Source of the DNA: a bacterium
GTDB taxonomy: Bacteria > Patescibacteriota > Patescibacteriia > Patescibacteriales > UBA12465
Length of the DNA stretch: 64,000 nt
Assembly (NCBI GenBank): GCA_021806615.1
Contig: JAJZRB010000001.1
Location: forward strand, 79,024-143,023
Reading direction: 5' to 3'
The position numbers and the translations under genes were made by a program. Below the pieces are notes generated by a model. The model searched no databases, had not been told where the DNA came from, and worked only from the letters and a program-made list of their open reading frames with translations. Every line of letters starts with the position of its first letter. The first letter of the stretch is position 1. This document shows positions 39,108-51,304 of the stretch, in pieces.

Positions 39108-40532
39108 TTATTTAATATAAGCTAAAATTTTATTTTTTAATTCAGCAACGCGTTGAGCGGCCAAGGCCTCGGACCCTGCCTCGGCATAAATACGGATGAT
39201 CGGCTCTGTATTAGAAGCTCGCAAATGGATCCAGGAGTCCGGCCAATCGATTTTCAAGCCGTCAACATCGTTAACTTCTCCTGAAGAAGCATAATATTCT
39301 TTCGCTAAAAGTAAAATCGCCGGCCAATCTGTTTCTGGCTTTAATTCTAAACGGTCTTTAACCATAAAATATTTAGGGAAACGTTGGCTAAAAATAGAGG
39401 CTTTTTCACCGCTTTTAGCTAAAACGCTTAAGAATAAGGCTATACCGACAAGAGCATCCCGGCCATAATGAAGGGGCGCGAAGATTACGCCGCCATTACC
39501 CTCGCCGCCGATAGCCGCCCTTAACTCTTTCATCCTCTCCACGACATTTATCTCGCCAACGGCCGCAGCCTCATAACGGCCGCCGTGTTTTTCGGCAATA
39601 TCTCTCAAAGCCCTGGAAGAAGAAAGATTAGAGCTTGTCGTTTTCTCGTATTTCCCGGGGTAGGCTGCTTCGACGGTTGGAAAATTACCAAGGATATAAT
39701 CGGCGATCATCACTAATGTATATTCTTCGCTGATCATTTCTCCGTTCTCGTCGATGAATGCTAAACGATCGACGTCTGGATCAACGACGATGCCTAAATC
39801 GGCTTTGTTTTCTCTCACGGCTCGACTGATCTGCCCGAGATTCTCGGCTAAAGGCTCCGGCCGATGGGCAAATTTCCCGTTCGGCTCGCAATTTAATTCA
39901 ATAATATTCTTGAGACCCAGCATTTTTAATAATTCCGGCACGACCATGCCTCCGACAGAATTGATCCCATCCACGACTATCTTAAACTGGGATGCGGCAA
40001 TGGCTTTTCGTTCAACTAAAGGCAAGCTTAAAATAGCCTGCAAATGATCGGAGGCTAAGAAGGGATTAAAGACATAAGAACCTAGATTATTTTCCGGTAC
40101 AAAATCGAATATATTTTCTTCAATTAACTTAAGAGCCTCCCCTCCTTCAGCCGCAGAAAATATTTCTCCTCTTTCATTTAGTAATTTAAGAGCGTTCCAG
40201 CCAGATGGATTATGGCTAGCGGTGATGATGATGCCGCCTTGGGCTTCTTTTTGCTTGACGGCCATTTCTACGGTCGGGCTCGACGCCAAACCGATGTCAA
40301 TAACATTCAACCCCTGGCTCAACAACAAGCCGATAACCAGATCTTTCACCATTTCGCCCGATACCCGGCTATCTCGGCCGACAATTACCTGTATTTTCCG
40401 ATCAGGATATTTCTGCTTGAGAAGGGCGCCATAACCGCAGATACTATCCATTATATCAATCGGGGTCAAATTTTTTCCCGGCTGCCCGCCAATCGTACCG
40501 CGGATGCCGGAGATAGATTTAATAAGAGACAT
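39108..40532 (-). CDS. glmM: Phosphoglucosamine mutase / phosphohexomutase
   Basis: TASHNP, DPDVDR, GGEGNGG, RASNTEP. Confidence 0.85.
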   Translation of the reverse strand: MSLIKSISGIRGTIGGQPGKNLTPIDIMDSICGYGALLKQKYPDRKIQVIVGRDSRVSGEMVKDLVIGLLLSQGLNVIDIGLASSPTVEMAVKQKEAQGGIIITASHNPSGWNALKLLNERGEIFSAAEGGEALKLIEENIFDFVPENNLGSYVFNPFLASDHLQAILSLPLVERKAIAASQFKIVVDGINSVGGMVVPELLKMLGLKNIIELNCEPNGKFAHRPEPLAENLGQISRAVRENKADLGIVVDPDVDRLAFIDENGEMISEEYTLVMIADYILGNFPTVEAAYPGKYEKTTSSNLSSSRALRDIAEKHGGRYEAAAVGEINVVERMKELRAAIGGEGNGGVIFAPLHYGRDALVGIALFLSVLAKSGEKASIFSQRFPKYFMVKDRLELKPETDWPAILLLAKEYYASSGEVNDVDGLKIDWPDSWIHLRASNTEPIIRIYAEAGSEALAAQRVAELKNKILAYIK

Positions 40533-40639
40533 AAATTTAAAAAATAGAGGGAGCGATTTAATTTTACCTCTATTTTGCCCCCTCTACAAATCAAATAGCG
40601 CCGGACGCGCTGCTTTTTACCAATTAAAAAACACCATTG

Positions 40640-40756
40640 TTCTGGCGGCGACCTACTTTCCCAGGGCTCAGGCCCAAGTATCATCGGCGCTGGAGGGCTT
40701 AACTTCTGAGTTCGGGATGGGATCAGGTGTGACCCCTCCGCTCAAAACCACCAGAA
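40640..40756 (-). rRNA. rrf: 5S rRNA
   Basis: CACCTGATCCCATCCCGAACTCAGAAGTTAAG, GGGAAAGTAGGTCGCCGCCAG; flanking 14+ bp processing stem. Confidence 0.97.
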
Positions 40757-40896
40757 CAATGGTGTCTTTTTACTCGCACTAATTTGTAATAATCAGCGGA
40801 TATATAGACCCTAACAGCAGCCGGGGCCGCCATTAGGTACCATTTGTAATATTGCGTATCAGGTAAAGAATCAGAAATACTTAAAAATAAAAGTGT

Positions 40897-43930
<3,034 letters not shown>

Positions 43931-44069
43931 CCACGCTTTTATTTTTAAAGCTACAAAAGCGTGTTTTGGCATCTTACTACAGCCCTTTGTATTCTTGACG
44001 AAAAATTAAGAAACAAAGGATAAGACGCCGATCTAAATTATATTTTTGATGTCTTTACTCTAACATTGA

Positions 44070-44082
44070 TTGTTAAGGTGCT
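44070..44082 (-). promoter_or_regulatory. boxA-like antitermination element
   Basis: AGCACCTTAACAA upstream of 23S; resembles rrn boxA TGCTCTTTAACA. Confidence 0.55.
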
Positions 44083-44092
44083 CACAAGGCGC

Positions 44093-44115
44093 AAAAAAAC
44101 CGCTGTAGGGCGGTT
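44093..44115 (-). terminator. Terminator hairpin within the 23S leader (attenuator)
   Basis: AACCGC-CCTACA-GCGGTT then TTTTT. Confidence 0.7.
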
Positions 44116-44143
44116 CTAAATAATCGTAAAATAGACAATTAAT

Positions 44144-44185
44144 TTAGAATCGCTTATGAAAACGGAAACGTAAGTTTTTTATCAT
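44144..44185 (-). CDS. Putative 13-aa leader peptide MIKNLRFRFHKRF
   Basis: Manual translation; AATAAT-ATG context like other starts here; stop codon lies inside a predicted antiterminator. Confidence 0.55.
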   Translation of the reverse strand: MIKNLRFRFHKRF

Positions 44186-44224
44186 ATTATTCTGGCTTTT
44201 ACAGCCCTGTTAAAACTGATAACA

Positions 44225-44252
44225 ATTATAACCTTTTTAAAAATAATGTCAA
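44225..44252 (-). promoter_or_regulatory. Consensus sigma70 promoter for the 23S-5S unit
   Basis: TTGACA-16bp-TATAAT, perfect hexamers. Confidence 0.85.
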
Positions 44253-44325
44253 GGGCTGATTTATATATGAAAAATGGCCTAAATTAGGACATTTTTGCTC
44301 TAAGCTTTTTGACGGTTTTTATGGT

Positions 44326-45384
44326 TTAATCATCTAAGAGCCGGGCGTCCTCCATATTCCTCTCAGCCGTTTCCCGGCTGATTTCTCCGGCCTGATAAAG
44401 CTCTTTGATGTGCCTATCCAAAGTAACCATTCCGATAGCGGAATTAGTCTCTATAGCGCTCCTAATCTGGGCGATTTTCCCCTCACGGATCAAATTAGCG
44501 ACCGCCGGATTATTAATCAGGATTTCGCGGGCGGCTATCCGGCCTCCATTCTTCCTAGGCAATAAGCGCTGCGAAATAACGGCCGACAAGACATTAGACA
44601 ATTGCGACTTGATCTGTCCCTGCTGATAAGGAGGAAAAATATCGATAATGCGGTCCACTGTCTGGGCGGCGCTATAAGTATGGAGAGTAGCTAGTACTAA
44701 ATGGCCGGTCTCGGCTAAAGTCACGGCCGCGGCTATAGTTTCCAAGTCGCGCATTTCGCCGAGCATGATGACATTCGGGTCTTGGCGCAAGATATGTTTC
44801 AGACCGCTCCCGAAGCTGAGCATATCAGTCCCTAGTTGCCTTTGCAGGATGATGCTCTTATCCGGAGTAAAGATATATTCGATCGGGTCTTCTAGGGTAA
44901 TGATGTGCCGGCTATGGAGGCTATTGATATGGTTTATCATCGCCGCCAAAGTAGTGGACTTGCCGCAGCCGGTCGGACCAGTTACTAAGATGAAGCCCTG
45001 CGGCAGGTCTAATAACTCTTCAACGACTGGCGGCATGCCGATTTCAGCTAAAGTGGGCAATTCGGCCTTGATTACCCGCGCGGTAATCGTAATATTATTT
45101 TTTTCATAGGCGCAATTTATCCGATAGCGATAATCTTCTACTTGATAGCTCAAATCTAAGTCGCGTTTATTTAAAAAATTAGATTTTTGTTCTTTGGTCA
45201 GCATGGTCTCTAGAAATCCCTCCAGATCTCGAGCGCTGAGTTTAGGAAAATCATCTCTACCGACCACTTTATTCAGATTAAAAAGCTCGCCATCGATCCT
45301 CAGAATCGGCGGATAATCTAATAGAAGATGGATATCCGAGGCTTTTTTCTCGGCCGCTAGCTTTAAAAGATTATTAATATCCAT
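44326..45384 (-). CDS. pilT: Type IV pilus retraction ATPase PilT family
   Basis: ASDIHL, GPTGCGKSTT, EDPIE, LRQDP..GEMRD, TGHLV.TLH. Confidence 0.93.
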   Translation of the reverse strand: MDINNLLKLAAEKKASDIHLLLDYPPILRIDGELFNLNKVVGRDDFPKLSARDLEGFLETMLTKEQKSNFLNKRDLDLSYQVEDYRYRINCAYEKNNITITARVIKAELPTLAEIGMPPVVEELLDLPQGFILVTGPTGCGKSTTLAAMINHINSLHSRHIITLEDPIEYIFTPDKSIILQRQLGTDMLSFGSGLKHILRQDPNVIMLGEMRDLETIAAAVTLAETGHLVLATLHTYSAAQTVDRIIDIFPPYQQGQIKSQLSNVLSAVISQRLLPRKNGGRIAAREILINNPAVANLIREGKIAQIRSAIETNSAIGMVTLDRHIKELYQAGEISRETAERNMEDARLLDD

Positions 45385-45434
45385 AAAAATAAGCTATTTA
45401 TAAAATATATCAAGGCAAGGCCCAGCTAGTTTCC

Positions 45435-46133
45435 CTACCAACCCATTTTTTTAATCCCTTTAGCGGCGGCGGCGACTTGGGCTTCTTGCTTGGATGATCC
45501 TTGGCCGATAGCAACCTGCTCCTCGCCTAAATATAAGCCGACAGTGAAGACCTTGGCATGATCCGGCCCCTCTTCATTCAATATCTGATAATGTGGCGTG
45601 ACTCCGCGCACTTCTTGAGCTTTCTCCTGAAAATGTGATTTCGGGTCAAGATATGATTGATTCTTTAAAATATCATCTAATTTAGAGACGACGCGGGCCA
45701 GAATAAATTTTTTAGCGATGCTTATCCCCTGGTCAAGGTACATCGCGCCGATAATCGCTTCAATCGCGTTAGCTAAAATAAATTGCCGGGATTTTTTATT
45801 CTTATCGCGTGATTCGCCTTTAGATAGATATAAAAACTCCTCAATGCCTAATTCTTTAGCGATCTCGTAAAGCATCTTAGCGTTAACTAGGGAAGCGCGC
45901 CAGTTAGTCAGGTCTCCTTCCGGCGTTTCCGGAAAATTCAAGTATAGGAATTCCGTAACGACGATCTCTAAGACGGCATCCCCCAAGAACTCCAGGCGTT
46001 CATTATGGCCGATCTTAAAATCTGGATGTTCGTTTAAATAAGAGCGATGGACCATCGCCTGTTTTAATAAGCTGTCGTCCTTAAACTTTACTCCCAATCT
46101 TTTTTGTAATTTGCTTGAATCATTGATGCTCAT
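45435..46133 (-). CDS. rnc: Ribonuclease III
   Basis: NERLEFLGDAVL, dsRBD. Confidence 0.98.
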   Translation of the reverse strand: MSINDSSKLQKRLGVKFKDDSLLKQAMVHRSYLNEHPDFKIGHNERLEFLGDAVLEIVVTEFLYLNFPETPEGDLTNWRASLVNAKMLYEIAKELGIEEFLYLSKGESRDKNKKSRQFILANAIEAIIGAMYLDQGISIAKKFILARVVSKLDDILKNQSYLDPKSHFQEKAQEVRGVTPHYQILNEEGPDHAKVFTVGLYLGEEQVAIGQGSSKQEAQVAAAAKGIKKMGW

Positions 46134-46166
46134 AAAAGAGCAGCGCCCGATCCCGGGCGCTGGTTA

Positions 46167-46694
46167 TTAACTCGCCGCCTTCTCTCCATCGTCTCCCGCT
46201 CCATCGGCCTTCCCAGAACCGGCCATATTTTCAGCTTCTATCTTGGCCGCCTCTATTTCCTCTTTATTGTCCCGCGTCTGTATTTCCGGCTCATCATTGT
46301 ATAAGGCGCCTAAAACGCCGTTGATAAATTTTCCGGAGGCATCGCTGCCGAAACTCTTGGCTACTTCAATCGCCTCATTAATCGCTACGCGCGGCGGAAT
46401 GTCTGTGAATAATAATTCATAGATCCCGAGGCGCAAGATATTACGATCCACGATAGTTATCTGATCCAAGGGCCATTCAGTCGCATATTTGACGATGTAT
46501 CTATTGATAGTCGCTAAATTGTCACGAACGCCAATGACCAGATTCTTAACGAATCCGCCGTCATCGAAATTAGGGGCGAAGTTAGCGAAATTATCAGCTA
46601 TGAGATGTTCGATATCGCCATCTTTCTGGCCATTAAAATCCCAGGCAAACAGAGTTTGCAGGGCGATGGTCCGCGCTAAATGACGATTGGACAT
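46167..46694 (-). CDS. nusB: Transcription antitermination factor NusB
   Basis: DRNILRLG, VAINEAIEVAK, FINGVL. Confidence 0.97.
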   Translation of the reverse strand: MSNRHLARTIALQTLFAWDFNGQKDGDIEHLIADNFANFAPNFDDGGFVKNLVIGVRDNLATINRYIVKYATEWPLDQITIVDRNILRLGIYELLFTDIPPRVAINEAIEVAKSFGSDASGKFINGVLGALYNDEPEIQTRDNKEEIEAAKIEAENMAGSGKADGAGDDGEKAAS

Positions 46695-46699
46695 AAAAA

Positions 46700-46897
46700 T
46701 TATTTCTTCTTAACCGCCTTCAATTTTACTTTGACGACTTCTTTGCCTCGGTAAGAGCCGCAAGCGGCGCAAGCGGTGTGAGGCTTAATAGCCTGACCGC
46801 ATTTCGGACATTTATTCAAAACTGTTTTTTTAAGGGCTAAATGAGAGCGTCCTTTATGGGTCGCACTATGGGTCTTTCTTTTTTTAGGGTTGGCCAT
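46700..46897 (-). CDS. rpmF: 50S ribosomal protein L32 (Zn-ribbon type)
   Basis: MANPKKR, CPKC..PH.AC..CG.Y. Confidence 0.96.
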   Translation of the reverse strand: MANPKKRKTHSATHKGRSHLALKKTVLNKCPKCGQAIKPHTACAACGSYRGKEVVKVKLKAVKKK

Positions 46898-46967
46898 ATA
46901 ATTTTAATTTTGATTAAATAAGTCAATCTAACTTCAGTATAACCGAATACGCCTATTAGTCAATAAA

Positions 46968-48797
46968 TTAAGCGGCTTTTGGCTTCGGACCGACCAGATT
47001 TTCAAATTCGGTTTTCTCAATAGTTTCTTTTTCAAGAAGCGCTGCGACGATACTCTCTAATTGCGTTCTATGTTCGACGATGATAGTCTTGGCCTCCTCT
47101 TCACCGGCCTTAATAAAATTAGCGATTTCTTCATCTATCTTTTCAGCGACCTTCTCGCTGTAATCCCGCTGTTCATGTATCTCTCGGCCCAAAAAGATCA
47201 TTTCTTCCTTTTCGCCATAAGTACGCGGCCCGAGCTTATCGCTCATGCCATAGTCAGTCACTAGGCTGCGCGCTAAAGCTGTTGCCCGGCGCAAGTCGGA
47301 AGTCGCCCCGGTCGTCACTTCGCCAAAAATATCCTTCTCTACCAGATGGCCGGCCAAGAGAACGGCAATTTCCGAAATGAATTCTGATTTAGCGTGCATA
47401 TGGCGGTCCTCGGAAGGGACTTTCAAAGTATAGCCGCCGGCAGAGCCGCGCGCGATAATAGAAACTTTGTGGACCGGATCGGCTGTGGGCGAGAAATGCG
47501 CTACCAAGGCGTGTCCGGCTTCATGATAAGCGGTGATCTTCTTTTCCTTTTCAGTAATCACCCGGCTCTTGCGCTCTGGCCCGATCATAACCTTTTCGAT
47601 CGCTTCGAATAAATCTTCATTGACTATCTCTTTCCTGCCGCTGCGTGCGGCTAAGATAGCGGCTTCATTCAGGATATTGGCTAAATCAGCGCCAGAAAAA
47701 CCGGCCGTGCGTTCGGCGATAGTTTTAAGATTAGCTTCTTTAGCCAGCGGTTTGCGGCGGGAATGGACGCGCAAAATAGCCTCTCTATCTTTCAAATCGG
47801 GCAAATCGATGACTACGCGCCTGTCAAAGCGGCCGGGGCGCAATAAGGCCGGGTCTAAAACATCAGGACGGTTAGTGGCGGCGATGACGATAATATTTTG
47901 AGTCGGCTCAAAACCATCCATTTCCACTAAAATTTGATTAAGAGTCTGCTCCCGTTCATCATGACTGCCGCCAAGTCCCGCTCCGCGGCGGCGGCCAACC
48001 GCATCAATCTCATCTATGAATAAAATACAAGGAGCGCTCTTTTTCGCTTTCTGGAACAAGGAACGAACACGTGAAGCGCCGACGCCGACAAACATCTCCA
48101 CGAATTCTGAACCTGACATATGGAAGAACGGGACCTGAGCCTCGCCGGCTACGGAACGGGCCAGCAAAGTCTTGCCGGTACCCGGCGCGCCCAATAATAA
48201 GACGCCGCGCGGTATTTTCGCTCCTAACTCATGGAATTTCTTAGGATATCGTAAAAATTCTACTATTTCCGCCAATTCCTCCTTAGCCTCTTTCGCTCCG
48301 GCCACGTCTTTGAAGGTCACGCGAGATTTTTCATCCGGCGCGAAATCCTTGGCCGTAGATTGCCCGAAGCTCATCGCTCTAGAGTTAGCGTTCTGTAAGC
48401 CGCGCATCATGAAATACAAGAATACTCCGACCAATAAGAACGGCAAGACAAAAGGGATGATATTCGCCAGCCAATAGTCTAAGCCGCTTTCATCCTTGAC
48501 GGAGATGCTGACTCCGACCATTTTCGACGGATCGACCTTGAAATTATTTAGCAAAGTAGAGAAAGAATCAACCGCCTCCTTCTGCGCCATCTCCTTTTTT
48601 CCATCTTTCAGGGTCACATTTATCTTATTGCCGACGACGACGATATCCGAAACCTGCCCGGAATTAATCTGGCTGATCAGAGTTTCTAAACCGACAGTCT
48701 CGGCCTTGTCTCCCTGGGTGGCGAAGGAACTGAAAATCGCGGCGATAATCAAAAAAACGATAAAGAATATGGCGAAATTTTTAATTAATTTTTTCAT
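46968..48797 (-). CDS. ftsH: ATP-dependent zinc metalloprotease FtsH
   Basis: [11 protein letters not shown] motif, HEAGH, two TM helices. Confidence 0.98.
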   Translation of the reverse strand: MKKLIKNFAIFFIVFLIIAAIFSSFATQGDKAETVGLETLISQINSGQVSDIVVVGNKINVTLKDGKKEMAQKEAVDSFSTLLNNFKVDPSKMVGVSISVKDESGLDYWLANIIPFVLPFLLVGVFLYFMMRGLQNANSRAMSFGQSTAKDFAPDEKSRVTFKDVAGAKEAKEELAEIVEFLRYPKKFHELGAKIPRGVLLLGAPGTGKTLLARSVAGEAQVPFFHMSGSEFVEMFVGVGASRVRSLFQKAKKSAPCILFIDEIDAVGRRRGAGLGGSHDEREQTLNQILVEMDGFEPTQNIIVIAATNRPDVLDPALLRPGRFDRRVVIDLPDLKDREAILRVHSRRKPLAKEANLKTIAERTAGFSGADLANILNEAAILAARSGRKEIVNEDLFEAIEKVMIGPERKSRVITEKEKKITAYHEAGHALVAHFSPTADPVHKVSIIARGSAGGYTLKVPSEDRHMHAKSEFISEIAVLLAGHLVEKDIFGEVTTGATSDLRRATALARSLVTDYGMSDKLGPRTYGEKEEMIFLGREIHEQRDYSEKVAEKIDEEIANFIKAGEEEAKTIIVEHRTQLESIVAALLEKETIEKTEFENLVGPKPKAA

Positions 48798-48905
48798 GGT
48801 TTATTTTAGTTAATTTTATATCTATTATAGAATAAATAATACACTTTGGCAATGCTAAAAATGCCCATTTTATGGGCATTTTTAGAATATCATGACGATC
48901 TATAA

Positions 48906-50174
48906 TTACTTGGACTTTTTCACCGCCTTAGACTTTTTCTCTGTTTTTAATACGTCTGTAGCGGCCGGCTCCTTCTTGTCCGTTTTTTTAGATTTGACTG
49001 GCTTGCCAGCTATTTCTTCTTTCGGAGCCTCAACGCCCTTTTCTTCTGTTTCTTGTTTCTGGCTGGCAAGGCTCTTCTTGCCTGCGTCCTCTCCGGCTAA
49101 TTTCAAGCCGAGGCGATGCTCGCTCGGAGAAATGCTCACTACCTCAAAATTTTTATTTTCATCGGCTTGGAACAATTCGCTGATTTTGTCCTTGGCCCCC
49201 AGATTCAGCTGACTGATATGAGCTAAACCATGGATCTCTTCATCTAATTTAACGAACAATCCGAAAGGATTGACTTTAAGGATGGTCCCGGGGACAACCT
49301 GCCCGATCTGATATTTGGCGCTAGCCTCGAGCCAAGGATCTTTCAATAATTTCTTAGCGCTCAAGAACACTTTGGCGCCATCGATAGATATGATCTCCGC
49401 CTTTATCCGATCGCCGACCTTATACATCTCGCTTGGCGAATCTATCCGCTGCCAGGCTAACTCGGAAATATGGATGAGCCCTTCGATATTTTCACCGAAA
49501 GAAACGAAGACACCGAAATTAGTAATGGCTGTAATCCGTCCGTCGACGATAGTGCCGATCTGATATTTGTCCAGGGCCGGCTTTTGTTTTTTATTCCAGA
49601 CATCTTTTTCGCTGAAGATGACCTTGCTGTCCTCTTCGCTCAGAGTAATAACGGCCACTTCAAATTCTTGCCCGACGAATGATTTTAATTTTTCTAAAAT
49701 TTTGCTCTTATCGCCGCCGGAGATGCGCGGATAATTTTCCGGCGCTAACTGAGAAACCGGCAAGAAACCGTCTATCTGGCAATAACGGCTTAAAAGACCG
49801 CCCTTGTTAGCGTCAGTGATTTTAACTTTGACGGTCGTCTTGTCTTTCAAGGCTTGGCGTAATTGCACCCAGGCTTTTTCCTGGCCGACTAAACGGAACG
49901 ATAACTCCAATTCGCCGTTTTCGTTCTCCGCATCAATGACTGCGGCCTCAGCCTCATCTCCAGGCTTCAGATTGGCGAATTCCGGTACTTCATTATAAAG
50001 CTCCGGGCCGCGGATGATGCCCATGAGAACGCCGTCAACGTCTAATTTCACTTCCGCCTTAGAAGCGGCGACGACTACTCCCCGGACGATATCGCCGACC
50101 TGGGGAATCTTGATATTATCTTTTTCTAACAGCTTGGCAAACTCGTCGGCCTGCTCTTGCTTCTTATCTTCCAT
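48906..50174 (-). CDS. rpsA: 30S ribosomal protein S1 (four S1 domains + basic tail)
   Basis: FGVFV..EGLIHISEL, ANKGG, GFLPVSQL repeats. Confidence 0.9.
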   Translation of the reverse strand: MEDKKQEQADEFAKLLEKDNIKIPQVGDIVRGVVVAASKAEVKLDVDGVLMGIIRGPELYNEVPEFANLKPGDEAEAAVIDAENENGELELSFRLVGQEKAWVQLRQALKDKTTVKVKITDANKGGLLSRYCQIDGFLPVSQLAPENYPRISGGDKSKILEKLKSFVGQEFEVAVITLSEEDSKVIFSEKDVWNKKQKPALDKYQIGTIVDGRITAITNFGVFVSFGENIEGLIHISELAWQRIDSPSEMYKVGDRIKAEIISIDGAKVFLSAKKLLKDPWLEASAKYQIGQVVPGTILKVNPFGLFVKLDEEIHGLAHISQLNLGAKDKISELFQADENKNFEVVSISPSEHRLGLKLAGEDAGKKSLASQKQETEEKGVEAPKEEIAGKPVKSKKTDKKEPAATDVLKTEKKSKAVKKSK

Positions 50175-50179
50175 ATATG

Positions 50180-50359
50180 AATACGAGGCTTAATTTGCTA
50201 TAAACAACAAAAAAAGCGATTTGAACCCGATTATTATCGAGCCCAGCGGCCACCTCATCTCGCCTTAGAAGGCAAACTATAAAATCCGCTGGTTTTCTTA
50301 AAGGTGATATTTGATTGAGATAACGCTCCTAGTATAGATTAGAAATGACAATTTGTCAA
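50180..50359 (-). promoter_or_regulatory. rpsA promoter and structured leader
   Basis: TTGACA-17bp-TATACT (50359-50331); CCAGCGG/CCGCTGG, TTGCC/GGCGA, GCTCGAT/ATCGGGT helices. Confidence 0.55.
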
Positions 50360-50471
50360 TTCTTCTGAATCCGGCATCTTTCCCTTGTCCGGGCTGGTTA
50401 GAAGCCCCGCCTAAATGACCGATATCAGGCTGATGTGGTATAATGATATAAAAGAAAATAAAAAAAATCAT

Positions 50472-51293
50472 ATGAACCAAAATCTAAAAAATCTCCTCGG
50501 GGTTATTAGCGCTCTCGCCATTTTAACCCTCAGTTACGCGGCTCTCAGCTACGTAAATTCATACGGTAAAGCTATCCAGCCTTCATCGTTCCGCAGCTTT
50601 TCCGTGAGCGGCGAAGGTCGAGCGAACGCCGTGCCGGACATTGCCGAATTTAATTTCCAGGTCATCACGGAGGGCGGAACAGATATCGCCAATCTGCAGA
50701 CTAAAAACACGGAAACAATGAATAAGGCGATAGATTTTGTCAAAACCCAAGGCATCTCTGACCAAGATATTAAGACTCAATCTTATAACGTATCGCCCCG
50801 CTATCAGACCGCGGATTGCCGCGTTCTCCCGACGCCGCTCCTGATGAGCGTTCCTGACACCGGCGTGAGCGCCCCGGTTTCTCTAAATAAAAATTGTCCG
50901 CCGCCGTCTATCGTCGGCTACACTATTTCCCAGACCGTGGGCGTTAAAATACGCGATTTTCAAAAAATTGGCGGACTCATGAGCGGTATCGTAAAGAATG
51001 GAGCCAATGAAGTCGGCGCGCTTTCTTTTGCCGTTGACGACCCGACTAAAGCCCAAGATAAAGCCCGCGATGAAGCGATAGCGAAAGCCCAGGCGAAAGC
51101 TGAGGCTATCGCCAAAGCCGGCGGCTTCAAAATAGGGCGCCTCTTAGGCATCCAGGAAGGATCTCAATATCCGATGTACAATGCCGCGGTAATGACAGGA
51201 TTTTCCGCTAAAAGCGAATCCGCCGCGCCGAATATCCAGCCCGGTTCGCAAGAAATAAACGTGAGCGTGAGCTTACAATACGAGATTGAATAA
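50472..51293 (+). CDS. SIMPL (DUF541) domain protein
   Basis: VSGEG..AVPD.A, DIKT, AIAKA..KAE.IA, IQPG; start MNQNL. Confidence 0.9.
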   Translation: MNQNLKNLLGVISALAILTLSYAALSYVNSYGKAIQPSSFRSFSVSGEGRANAVPDIAEFNFQVITEGGTDIANLQTKNTETMNKAIDFVKTQGISDQDIKTQSYNVSPRYQTADCRVLPTPLLMSVPDTGVSAPVSLNKNCPPPSIVGYTISQTVGVKIRDFQKIGGLMSGIVKNGANEVGALSFAVDDPTKAQDKARDEAIAKAQAKAEAIAKAGGFKIGRLLGIQEGSQYPMYNAAVMTGFSAKSESAAPNIQPGSQEINVSVSLQYEIE

Positions 51294-51304
51294 AAAAAGC
51301 TAAT

